Shown one piece after another: positions 53,653-64,000 of a DNA stretch of 64,000 nucleotides. Numbering within the stretch: the first letter of the stretch is position 1; the number at the start of each line of letters is the position of its first letter. The stretch comes from Lama glama (lineage: Eukaryota). The stretch spans positions 48,114,001-48,178,000 of the forward strand of contig CM052816.1 in the NCBI GenBank assembly GCA_028534125.1. The letters run 5' to 3'. Below the pieces are notes generated by a model that searched no databases, was not told where the DNA came from, and saw only the letters and a program-made list of their open reading frames with translations. The position numbers and the translations under genes were made by a program.

Positions 53653-54312
53653 GCTAAAACAGGTCAATATATTAGAAGTTGGCAACAGTGTCATCACATA
53701 TCCATGTAATTAGTTACAGCAATTGGGCATTTAAGTTTAATTCAGAGTTTCCTGGTGATTTGGACCAAAAAGATATAGATAAATAATTTCAATCTCTGTA
53801 ACTCTACTTTGTGTATTTACCACATGAATCTTATAAAATGGGTAATGAGTAACAAAATAAGCTCTGTCTTCACAGATTTTATTTTTGATGAAATAAATAT
53901 TTACCATATCAACATTTCTTATGACTGTAAATTAAATTTAGTGAAGGTTTTGAGTCACAAATGAGACAGTCTTTCTACAGGGACCTAAGATAACATATTC
54001 CAGTTATATTACTTTCTGATGCTCTACCTTAATATGCAAATAAAGCACAAGGAGTACAAATAAATTGATAGTTAACATGTCCCTTAATTTTTTTCATTAA
54101 ACAACAAATATCTCAAGTGTGATTTTAGTTAATGCTAAATTAAAATCCTTTTATGATTGAATTCGCTGACAAGTGTTTGAGGTGTCAATGATCTATAGTT
54201 TTGACTTTTACTCACTAGAAGAGTTGTATTGAGATTATTTGAGAATATTTGTTTAAAAAGGTCCTGTTATATTTAGCTTTTCTTTCTGTAGCCACAGATT
54301 TAGGAAGAGGGA

Positions 54313-54518
54313 CTAGTGTACAGAGGAAAGAACTGTCTACGGTGTTAGGATAGATTACACCTATGACTCTGCCACTGGACAGCTAAAAGATCTTCAGTTT
54401 TCCCTTCTATCAAATTAGTATAAATATATGCTTGCAAGTTTGCTGAAAGGATTGTATGAGATGATGGAGATGATAGGGAAAGATAAGTAGCACCATTATG
54501 GAAACTTGTTATTATTAT
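54313..54518 (+). mobile_element. MIR
   Basis: 'ctctgccact...cttcagttttcccttctatcaaatt...gaaaggattgtatgagatga'. Confidence 0.55.
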
Positions 54519-54611
54519 CATGCCTACTTTATAACATTAGGATCATATCATCATTGTAAAGATTTGCATTCATTTTTATTTTTTTGGCAAAGAAATGTGA
54601 TCATCATGACA

Positions 54612-55300
54612 AGAATACTATTTAGCTATCCAATATTCATTTTCTCCTTACTTATTAAGAGAAAACTTTGTGTTTGGAACACCAATGGTCTCAAGCTTAA
54701 ACCAAAATATTCAGCTTCTCTTGCAGTTAGGGATCGTCTTGTGATTTCCAGGTCTAGCTAATTATATGGATGTGGAAGATGTTAGTTTAGACTTCTGGAA
54801 AACTTATGACATAGATTTCTGTTATATGTGGATGAACACAATTTCTAATTGATACAAAATTTGGTTTGTCAGAGTGAAGTTTTACAAGTATCAAAGACAT
54901 CCTTTGGAATGTAACTGGGATGGGGCTGGAAGATAGGCTCTACCAACTACGGAATAGATGTATATTGACTCCTGACATACAACGCTAAACATTTAGTCTA
55001 ATCGTTTCTGCTTGGGATGAAGACCATGTGATGACTGAGGTTATGAAAATAGGGAAAATGAGTCTTGAAAGAAAGAATAGAGCTAGAAATAGAAGTAAAT
55101 AGTTCTGACTTAGGAGTTGTTCTCTACTTGCCACCTGCAATCTAAATTCGCTGAGAGTGCCACAATTTGTAGTTTCCAGGGTTAAAAAGACTACACATTG
55201 CAATATGGTGATTTTGAAGCTGAAATCTTAACAGGAAGTAATAATTGAGTGATACGCCTTTTCCAGGTACATTAAGTGTTACCCACTAAACAGGAGCAGG
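54612..55300 (+). mobile_element. Old ERVL/MaLR LTR remnant followed by internal-like sequence
   Basis: LTR-type end 'atttctgttatatg...tctaattgataca' (~54855) followed by 'aaatttgg...gagtg'; right boundary uncertain. Confidence 0.4.
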
Positions 55301-56078
55301 AACCTACAACAAAGGCCTATTGCTCCAAATTGATTTAAGGCAGCAGCAGGCAAAGCCAAACTGCTTTAAGATTTTTAAACTAAAGGCCAGAGGAAGAAAA
55401 GCATACAGAGGCCAGTGAAAAAAGAATGGTGTCTCCAGCTTTAAAGATTATACGTAAACAAGATGTTTTGACTGTGATTACATATAGTTTACCAGAAACA
55501 TACAGTTCTTTCCTGTAGAAGATTTATAAATCCTCACTCTGGTGAATTCAGGCTTTGCCCAATGAAACAGCTATGGGCAGAAGGGATATATTTCATAAGA
55601 CATAGCCAGTATATGATTCATAACCTCTCCTTTCCCTCCACTTCAAGAACTGCAATGCTCTAGAGATAGCCTGAGTCCTGGAATGAAGTCAATATGGGGC
55701 AGAGTTGTGGCTGTCTAGAAGGTAACTTGTGATTTAAATATAAAGCCCTTGTTATTATCAAATCCAAAATTTTGGGATCCTTTATTAGGAAAGCATATTC
55801 TAACCTGATAATATATAAAGTCTTATTCTCTTGGGAGGCCAAGAGAATACTCAGAAGAAGACAGCAATTGAGTAGCTGCTTCAGTTATTATACTTGTGTC
55901 TTCACTATGGAAACAATTTTGTACCATCCAAAAAAAGAGATAGTAAAGGAAGATAGGAAAGGCTAGGGGTGGGAAAGAATTGATAAAAGGCTCAAAGAGG
56001 TGGATTTATTCCCATAGCTTTTGAAGAATGGGACAGATACTGAGAAAATGAACTAGATTCCACTAAGGAGTGGTAGCA

Positions 56079-56358
56079 TGCTGAGGTTAATTTTATGTGT
56101 CAACATGGCTAGGCCTCAGTGCCAAACACCAGTCTAGATGTTGTTATAAAGTTATTTTTCAGCTGTGATTAATTTTTGCATCAGTAGACTCTGAGTAAAC
56201 TAGATTACCCTCTATAATGTGGGTGGGTCTCAACCAATCAGTTGAAAGACTTGAGAGAAGATGTCCCTCTAAAAGAGTGAAATTTTGCTTCCAGAGTGCC
56301 TTTTGACTCAAGATTGCAGTATCAACTCTTGCTGAAATTTCCAGCCTGGCATCCTGTC
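56079..56358 (+). mobile_element. MLT2-family ERVL LTR (partial)
   Basis: 'ggttaattttatgtgtcaacatggctaggcc...gattaccctctataatgtgggtgggtctcaaccaatcagttgaa'. Confidence 0.85.
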
Positions 56359-56699
56359 AGCTCTGTTTCTTTGGACAAATCCAAACATTGTAAAAGAAAC
56401 TCTTGGCCACTAATCTCTAAGTCTTCAAGTGTCAAGACATATTTATTTTATATATCCAAGTCTAATGTAATTCAAATCTAATTAGAGGAGTGTGATTTAG
56501 AATAGAACTTATAAATAGAAGGGTGAATATAACCCTTACTGTACTATGATAACTAGAAATAGTCATTTCTACAAACTTGGTGGAATCTAGATTTTACAAA
56601 CTAATAGTCTTTGGCTACCACTACTGTCACTGGAAATATACAGTAAATGGGAAAATATAATTTCTAACAGCTAAGAATGGAACATGACACTATGTTTAA

Positions 56700-57092
56700 A
56701 AAAATACTATTTTTAGGGCAGTTTTAAGTTCAAAGCAAAACTGAGCAGAAAATACAAGATTTCTTAGACACACCTGTCTGCACACATGCGCAGCTTCCCG
56801 CATTACCAATGTATCCCACCAGAGTGCTACATATGTTACAACTAATGAACCTACATAGACACTTTATTATCACCCAGAGTTCATAGTTTACCTTAGGGTT
56901 CACTATTAGTGTTGTACATTCTGTTGGTTTGAACAAATGTATATTGACATGTATCCACCATTATAGTATCATACATAATAGTCTCACTGCCCTAAAAATT
57001 GTCTTCACTCTGTCTGTGTACCTATACACTGACTCCCTTCACCCTTGCAACTACCCATCTTTCCACTGTCTCCATAGTTCTGCCTTTTCCAG
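56700..57092 (-). mobile_element. L1MC-like 3' end
   Basis: Reverse complement matches the family at 8700-9075 ('cccagagttcatagtttaccttagggttcact'). Confidence 0.85.
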
Positions 57093-57529
57093 GCTGAGAA
57101 AACTGTCATAATACCATAGAGTCTGATCACGAGTGAAGGAGAGGGGGAATGTTTGATAGAAGCGTCATTGATGGCCTTGCCATTTATGGAAAGTTCGTCA
57201 AGACCAATGAAAAGTCATTAAACTAAAGTCAGCTAACAAAGGTTTCATGTTTCCCAGGAATGCTCTATCTTAATGCCATTGGTTTGAGTGAAGCCTTAGT
57301 ATAAAAACCGAGATGAATTTCAAAGTGCAGCAGCTAAGAGTTTTTGGTAGGAGTAGGAGGTCTGGGATTAAAAATCAAGGTAAGCATAAATCATAAAATA
57401 TTCTACTAGTTTATTAAAATCATATAAAAATAACTATCTTATTCTTCACTCTCAGAATCATTTTACTTATTTTAATTTTTTCTATTATATTTATTTTTAT
57501 TAATCTGTGAACTCAGTCAGTAATGGCTT

Positions 57530-58096
57530 TGTAATAGAAAAGAACAAATCTGACTTCATATTAGATGTGTTCCTTTGGCTTTAACCCTGTACTCTGTTTC
57601 CTAGGCTTAGTCTTGCCGGTTCTGCACCTTTTGTAAAAGAATGTTGCCTATAGCCTGAAATATACAGGATAGCCTATTCTCAAGGCTCTAACCTTTAAGG
57701 ATATTAACACTTTTCCCATTCATATAAAGATAACAAGTAGTAGAATAGAAAATAATGTTTGTTTTATTGGAGGTTTACAGGGAGACCATGATCTGACTTT
57801 TACAGGTCTCCCTGTAAACCTCCAATAAACATGGACAGCTGCAAGAACAAAGAATTCCAAGAACAAAGAATTCCTACACCAAGAAGTTTGCAACAACCAA
57901 GCATATCCCCTTTCTTTTTCAGTATAAAAGGAGCCTGAATTCTGACTTGGGGAAGATGGTTCTCCAGGACATTAGTGTGCCATCTTCTTGGTCTGCTGGC
58001 TTTCTGAATAAAGTTGCTATTCCTTGCTCCAACATCTCATCTCTCAATTTACTGGCCTGTCGCTCGGTGAGCAGAATGAGTTTGGACTTGGTAACA
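57530..58096 (+). mobile_element. ERV1-like solo LTR (MER34-like)
   Basis: tgtaa...gtaaca ends, 'gtataaaag' TATA, 'aataaa', flanks gctt/tctt. Confidence 0.85.
57763..57829. repeat. Perfect hairpin: 25-bp stem, 17-nt loop
   Basis: tttattggaggtttacagggagacc (57763-57787) and ggtctccctgtaaacctccaataaa (57805-57829). Confidence 0.95.
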
Positions 58097-58894
58097 TCTT
58101 CACCTTCAAAGGCTACACTTCTACCCTTATTTATTTATTTTTTTCTTTTCAAATTTTTTCCCTTTTTCTTATTGTCCTCTTTCAGAAGAATAAGTTTTCC
58201 TAAAAATGGGACAGCAAAAAGAAGTTTTAGATAGTGGTCACTCAAGTCCTGATCAAAAGGCCTTTGAGCTCTTGGCAGAGGCAAGTTTTTGCTAGTTCCT
58301 ATGGAAATAGACACTAACAATAACATATTCAACTGAATTCAGTTCTGACAAGTCAGTTGTTTCCTGATCATTTTACCACACCTATGCATTCTTCACCACC
58401 CAATCCTCATATTACAGTAAATCTTGAGCAGTAAACGTTAATCCCAACAAACTCAACTCTTTTTAGTGTACATTTGATTTTTTTTATTGAAAGATAATAA
58501 AAAATCTTAAGCCTTCTTATATTTTTAGTGTAAGATGATTTAAAGGTGTATCAATCACAAAATCTATTTTTGTAGATTACCAATCACAAAAGCACTATTG
58601 ATATTTTCTTTGTTTTTTTTCTCTTATTGGTAGACTTTTCCATTAAATTGGATATCTTGGATACAATTCTCATGACCTATAAGCTATAAAGATTAAGCCT
58701 GATTATAAATAAGTCAAAGAGGCTTACTTTTAATTTCTTTGACAATAAAAGATAAAATTCTATAGTTTAATAGGCAAGCCCTTTAATGTTGATAGAGATT
58801 TAACAGTAAAAATCCTCATATATATTATGTGCAAATGGTCTAATAAAAAGCATAACTTGAATTCCATTGAATTCTTTATTTTGAAATTAACTAG

Positions 58895-59257
58895 TACTAT
58901 GGACACAATGTTTATGCCACACCCTCAAAAATCATATGCTGAAATCTTAACCTCCCAAATGATATTTGGAGGTGGGGCCTTTGGGATATAACTAGGGTTA
59001 GATGAAGTCATGAGGGTAAGGCCCTTATGATTTGATTAACACCCTTATTAAAAAAGGAGACATGGCATCTCTATGTTTATGCACCAAGGAAAAACCATGT
59101 GAGGACAGACCAGGAAGAGGGTCCTCACTAACAACTAGACAGTATTGGCACCCTGTTATTGGAGGTTCAGCCTCTGGAACCATGAGAAATAAATGTTTGC
59201 TGTTTAAGCCACTCAGACTATGTTAATTTCTTACAGCAGCCAAAACTGACTGAGATG
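58895..59257 (+). mobile_element. MaLR solo LTR (MLT1A-like)
   Basis: 'atttggaggtggggcctttggga...cagcctctggaaccatgagaaataaatgtttgctgtttaagccac'. Confidence 0.88.
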
Positions 59258-59809
59258 ATTGGTTAAATTCAAATCATTACATTCTTAATATAACCTTAAA
59301 AATAAATGACCAACATAGAATTTAATTTGATCTTTAATCTTTCCTTCCCTTCATGGCCATCCCTCCTCAGTAAAACAAATTACAATTCTTTGAGGCAAAT
59401 AACAAGTATTTTATATATTCTAGATCTAACTGGATCTTCCTGGACAGCTTCTGGTCTCATTCAGGCCACACTCTGAAGCAAATGATTTCATCACATTCTG
59501 TAAAGAGATCACTGAACTTTCAACAGTTTTTGTGTGTACTTAGAGAAGAAAAATTATTTTGCATACGCTATCATTGAACCTCAGCCTCTATCTAAACATC
59601 CTAATCTTTACCTAAATTCTATTTTTCTTCTAAATCCCTCATCTGCTTTGTATTCTGTTACCCAGCCTCTTAAGTTTTCTCAACTATCTCAAAAATTCAT
59701 CCCTATACAATGCCACTAGGCTAAACAAAATCTCTTCAGAAAAGTGAATTTACTCTTCTCATGAAGTAGTTCACGATCTGCTTATTAAAACTAAGAAAAC
59801 TCCTGGAAA

Positions 59810-59943
59810 CAGGATTGTCAGACTCAGCAAATAAAAACACAAGATGCTCAGTTAAATTACATTTCAGATAAATTAAAAATAATTGCAATACTTGGGACAT
59901 ACTGAGTTTAACGGAGTCGCCCATATTTTATCTGGCAACCCTA
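59810..59943. mobile_element. MER53 hAT MITE (internally deleted)
   Basis: TIRs 'aggattgtcaga' ... 'tctggcaaccct'; 'cagttaaattacatttcagataaa'. Confidence 0.8.
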
Positions 59944-60039
59944 CCTGGAGATCTGATCCCTACAGTCTAACGAAAAACTGCTAATGAAAGTTAAATGTCT
60001 TAGATTGAAATCCTAACCCTTCATGTGAAAACAGTATGG

Positions 60040-60195
60040 TAAACTGAGTTTCAATAGCCTTATCTATAAAATGGGGATTAGGATAAAATTTACTCATAGG
60101 ATTGATATGAGTAGTAATAAGATGATGCAAATAAAATACTATTCGTGGCACTTGATATATCCTGAAAGCTTAATATATTTTAGCTATTACTACAG
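60040..60195 (+). mobile_element. MIR
   Basis: 'atctataaaatggggatta...tactcataggattgatatgag'. Confidence 0.7.
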
Positions 60196-60699
60196 AAGGT
60201 AAGGGTAACAAGAGACAACTTGCTCATTTAATCCTGGATAATAGAAGTGGCTGAATGAGCCATTATCTATTTTTATTTTTGTCAAAGTTTTCTCCTTTAA
60301 CCTAGGTTTGTGTATTATTTGATCAAATGATTTGAGGAGCTACTAGAGGTCCAATAACATTTCTTTAGATTCTGTTAAGCATACTGATAATCTTTCTCAC
60401 TTGGTCACTTGGGATCACAGTAGAGCCACAATTATACATAGGGGGCAGGGGTATGGGCTGGACAGGTTCAAACAGTAATAATATATTTATACAATGATGA
60501 TTATGAATAGTTGGCATGAAAGAAAAGATAAATTAAATAATGCTCTATGGAATTATATGTTTAAAGATTTTTAAATAGTAAGTTAATTGACTAATGTCAA
60601 AATTAAAATGCACAGGGCTTCAACATTTGAAAGAAATGTCTTCTGAGCAACTGCTTGATATTCTTCTCATAGAAATAGTTGTATAGAACCATTATACTA

Positions 60700-60920
60700 A
60701 TTTTATTATAGCTAAAGTTTATACAGTTTTTTTATGTGCCAATTGATTTACATGGATGGTCTTATTCAGTCATAACAGTAGGCCTGTGATGAAGAAAGTT
60801 ATAATTATCTATCCCATTTACAAGATTAGGAAACTAAGGTTCTGAGAGGTTAAGTAGCTCAAAGAAGGAAGTTTAAATGAAAGACTATTTAGCCTAGCTG
60901 TGAATCCATACATTACTAGT
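60700..60920 (-). mobile_element. MIR
   Basis: 'cccatttacaagattaggaaactaaggttctgagaggttaagtagctc'. Confidence 0.75.
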
Positions 60921-62197
60921 TTTTATCTATTTCACCATGTTTCTTCTATATTTATCTTGAGTAAGATTTCAGATTACCCCACAAAGTCTGGCTTAACCAA
61001 TAATAATAGACAAAAAGAAACTTTGACTGACTTAACTTCATTCATTTTATTTTTTCAAAGCACTAACTTTTGAAGGGCCCAGACTGTATTCAAAGCTCTA
61101 AGGGATTTATGCAATGGCTCATGTGGGAGCAGATAGAGTAGTTCCTTGCTCTTTCTTTAATTTGGACCTTGGAAGAACTAGTGCTGTCACTGAATCCCTT
61201 TACAAGAGTTCAAGGCAACAAAGTCAAGTGGCTTCTACATACCAGGCACTTGAGTGGGATTTACCAACATAATTAAAATCATTTGTAAATAGTCTTTTTC
61301 AGAGTACTTTGACATTCAGAGAGGTGAGAACTTCTCTGCTTGTGTGTGTGTGTGTTTTGCCTGTCTGTGTTCAGTAACAATAATTGACATATATTATGAA
61401 TAACAAATACTTATAAGAGTAAATGAAGATTTTTTTTCTATTGTAATTCCCAGGCATTATACAAATGAACAGTCATTATTTAAAGTATCTTTGATTAATG
61501 AGCAGTGACACAGAAACCAGTTTAGTTTACATTTAAGAAGAAAAGAATGGAATGGAATTTATTAATAGTATTATTATATAATTTTATTTACAGTATGATC
61601 TGAATAAATGTTCTATGTCCGTTTACAAAGAGATATGAAATTTAGCCCATTATCAAGTAGATGAAGACTAAAAATATTATTTGATGCTTATAAGCAGCTA
61701 ATTTGAATCAAATATCACTCAGTTAAATCATGTATTTGTATAAAATAGTTGTAAATATATATACTAAAGAAATACATTTATAATATCTTCTCATGGCAAA
61801 AATATTCCCTGCTTATCTACAAAACAAAATGCAAATTCCTTTTTCTCTCTTGTTTAATCAATCTAGTGAATCTTTCATATGTCCTCATCATGGAACTAGT
61901 TTTTATACTATAGAAAAGAAACTAAAATACTAAAATTAAAGTGTATAGTTCTATGTCAATAAAACAAAAATATTAGTTAACATATAAAGTAGAATTTAAG
62001 ACTACAAATCATCTCTTTTTCCTTATCAACTAAATATCATACCTTAAAGTTGTCTGGAAATAATTTGTCAATGTAATTTAAAGTGGGAGTTATAGCTGTG
62101 AACCTTTAAAATGTTTCTTCTAATATTTAAAATATACCCATTTTATTAAATTTAATAGTAAGTAAAATATTTTACTATTTTAATTACGTATGTTGGT

Positions 62198-62640
62198 TTT
62201 ACGGGTTGAATTTTTACACCCTCACACCCACCAAAAAAAAGTTTTGTGGAAGCCCTAATTCCATGTTTCCCAGAATGTCACATTATTTGGAAATAGAGTT
62301 GTTGCAGATGTAACAATTAAGATGAGGTCATAGTGAAGTAGGGTGGGCTCCAGTTTGAGTGGTGAGCTTGTAAGAAGGTTATCTGAAGACAGACAGAAAG
62401 GGAGAACACAATGCTACAAGGAAGCCAGAGATCGAAATTAAGTGTCTGCATCTAAAGAAACAACAGATTGCTGGCAAATCACCTGAAGCTAGAAAGAGGC
62501 AAGGAAGGATGCCTCTGCAGGATCTGGAGGGCATTTAGATCTGCCAGCATCTTAATTTTGGACTTCTAGCCTCCAGAACAGTGGGACCATAAATTTCTAC
62601 TGTGTTAAACCATCCTGTCTGTGATAGTTTGTTATGGCTA
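62198..62640 (+). mobile_element. MaLR solo LTR (MLT1C-like)
   Basis: 'ttatttggaaatagagttgttgcagatgtaa...gaagctagaaagaggcaaggaaggat...ttttggacttctagcctccagaac'. Confidence 0.88.
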
Positions 62641-62779
62641 GATTCAAATATCAATTCTTGAATCTAGATAAAAATAATATTTTCTTAGCCCTTAAAATAA
62701 TATTTTATAATTTGTTGTGAATAATTAATTACTAAATAATTATCACATTGCCTATAATTACTATGAGTAAAAAGGAATA

Positions 62780-62930
62780 GGGTATAATGGATAGAGTGCT
62801 CATGCAACAGTCAAGAAACTGAGTCTACAGAATTAACTCTGTTTGTTACCTGTGGAAAGATCTTTTATTCTCTCTGGGTTGCATTTTTTCCATCCTCTAA
62901 ATGAGGGCAATATCTCTCTGATTACCTTAA
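62780..62930 (+). mobile_element. MIR fragment
   Basis: 'agtcaagaaactgagtcta...tctctctgggttgcattttttccatcctctaaatgagg'. Confidence 0.55.
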
Positions 62931-63508
62931 ATAAGTCAATTGGAATATTAGACCGGGCCATATTTGCCAAATTGTATGAAAATGAAAAGCATGTGTCAGC
63001 ATAAGAAAATGTCTTTATACATGCTTCTATTCTGCAAAAGCATTTCAGTGTTCAGATATTGCACTGTTTAATTATTCTTGCTTCAGGAGCTGAATTCATT
63101 AACTGTGAGTCAAAACAGATCCAGTACTATTTATGAGCATTTGTACCCCATTCATTGTGAGTTCTGATGATTATTTATATTAGACTTCTACTGCTAAGAC
63201 ATTTCATTCTCAATAATACAAAAAATCTCAAATCTTGCTGTATCCAGCTCAGAATTCTCTTAACTCTGTATCTCTAAATGTGTATATCTCATAGACTTCT
63301 CACCAAAATGTCTCTACATTTGTGTTTTCTGCCAGTCACTTATTTCTTGCCCTGAAATTTTTCTAATGTCCCTTTTGGGGATGCTTGCTATGTGTACAAC
63401 CAAAAAGAAAAATAAGAGAATATTAATGTAAGTTGGAGCATCCTCAGCCAATGGGGAAGCAGGTAGATAAATGACTGCTGATGAAGATAAATAAATTCAC
63501 CTTTAAGT

Positions 63509-63533
63509 ACACACACACACACACACACACACA
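63509..63533. repeat. (AC)12 microsatellite
   Basis: Pure AC run. Confidence 0.92.
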
Positions 63534-64000
63534 ATAATTCCTCATGTCAACCAATAGGAGAAGACCATTCGGTATTTAAATGGTAACTCTTCTTGCACAT
63601 GGCTCCATGGTGCTGGAGCAATGTTCCTCACAGTGATATTCTCTATTGTTATTTTATTACACACAACATTCAGTGTATGCTCTATTTTGGGGGATGACCC
63701 AATCTCTACTTTTCTCTATCTTCTAGCACCTGAAATATGACTATAAATGAGGGTGATTTTTTAAATATATTTTTATAGATATAATTTTTATATATTTAAA
63801 TATTTATACTTTCCATCATTATTCTCCTATTTTCTTATTCTCACTAGATTTTCTCTCTCATCTCAAAAATCTATTCTCCTTAATTGGTTTCAGTAAATTT
63901 TGTTTAGAAACAAAAGCCTTGAAGATCCACCACAAATCTTTCACAATGCAGGTAGAATAGAGCCTACAAGAAGAGAAGTAGCAAAAATACAGGGAGGAAT

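Noticed and set aside
1..64000. CRISPR array, prokaryotic operon, rRNA, NUMT or CpG island
   Set aside because: None seen; the sequence is CpG-poor mammalian repeat-rich DNA with no regularly spaced repeat-spacer array

Overview
AT-rich, CpG-depleted mammalian genomic DNA, intergenic or deep intronic. It is most likely camelid (camel/alpaca/llama), judging from a camelid-type tRNA-derived SINE at ~53.5 kb and cetartiodactyl-type L1 3' ends. No intact protein-coding gene could be supported; nearly all ORFs in the track are repeat remnants or chance ORFs. The window is dominated by interspersed repeats: L1 fragments (including a ~4.7 kb element with both ends but a large ORF2 deletion), L2, MIR, MaLR/ERVL/ERV1 solo LTRs, Tigger1 and hAT MITEs. 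Two host-gene retrocopies are nested inside repeats on the minus strand: a full-length ATP5MJ (MP68/6.8PL) processed pseudogene inside a Tigger1 MITE, and an ASH2L C-terminal cDNA fragment that replaces the middle of an MLT1D LTR with no poly(A) or target-site duplication (TSD). Other notable structures are a perfect 25-bp-stem hairpin in an ERV1 LTR, an 82-bp inverted duplication (75/82 identical), a cluster of solo LTRs at 42-50 kb, an old local duplication and a GATA/FOX motif cluster. Repeat family and protein names come from recalled sequences, not database searches. I found no evidence of a wholly new multi-gene system.
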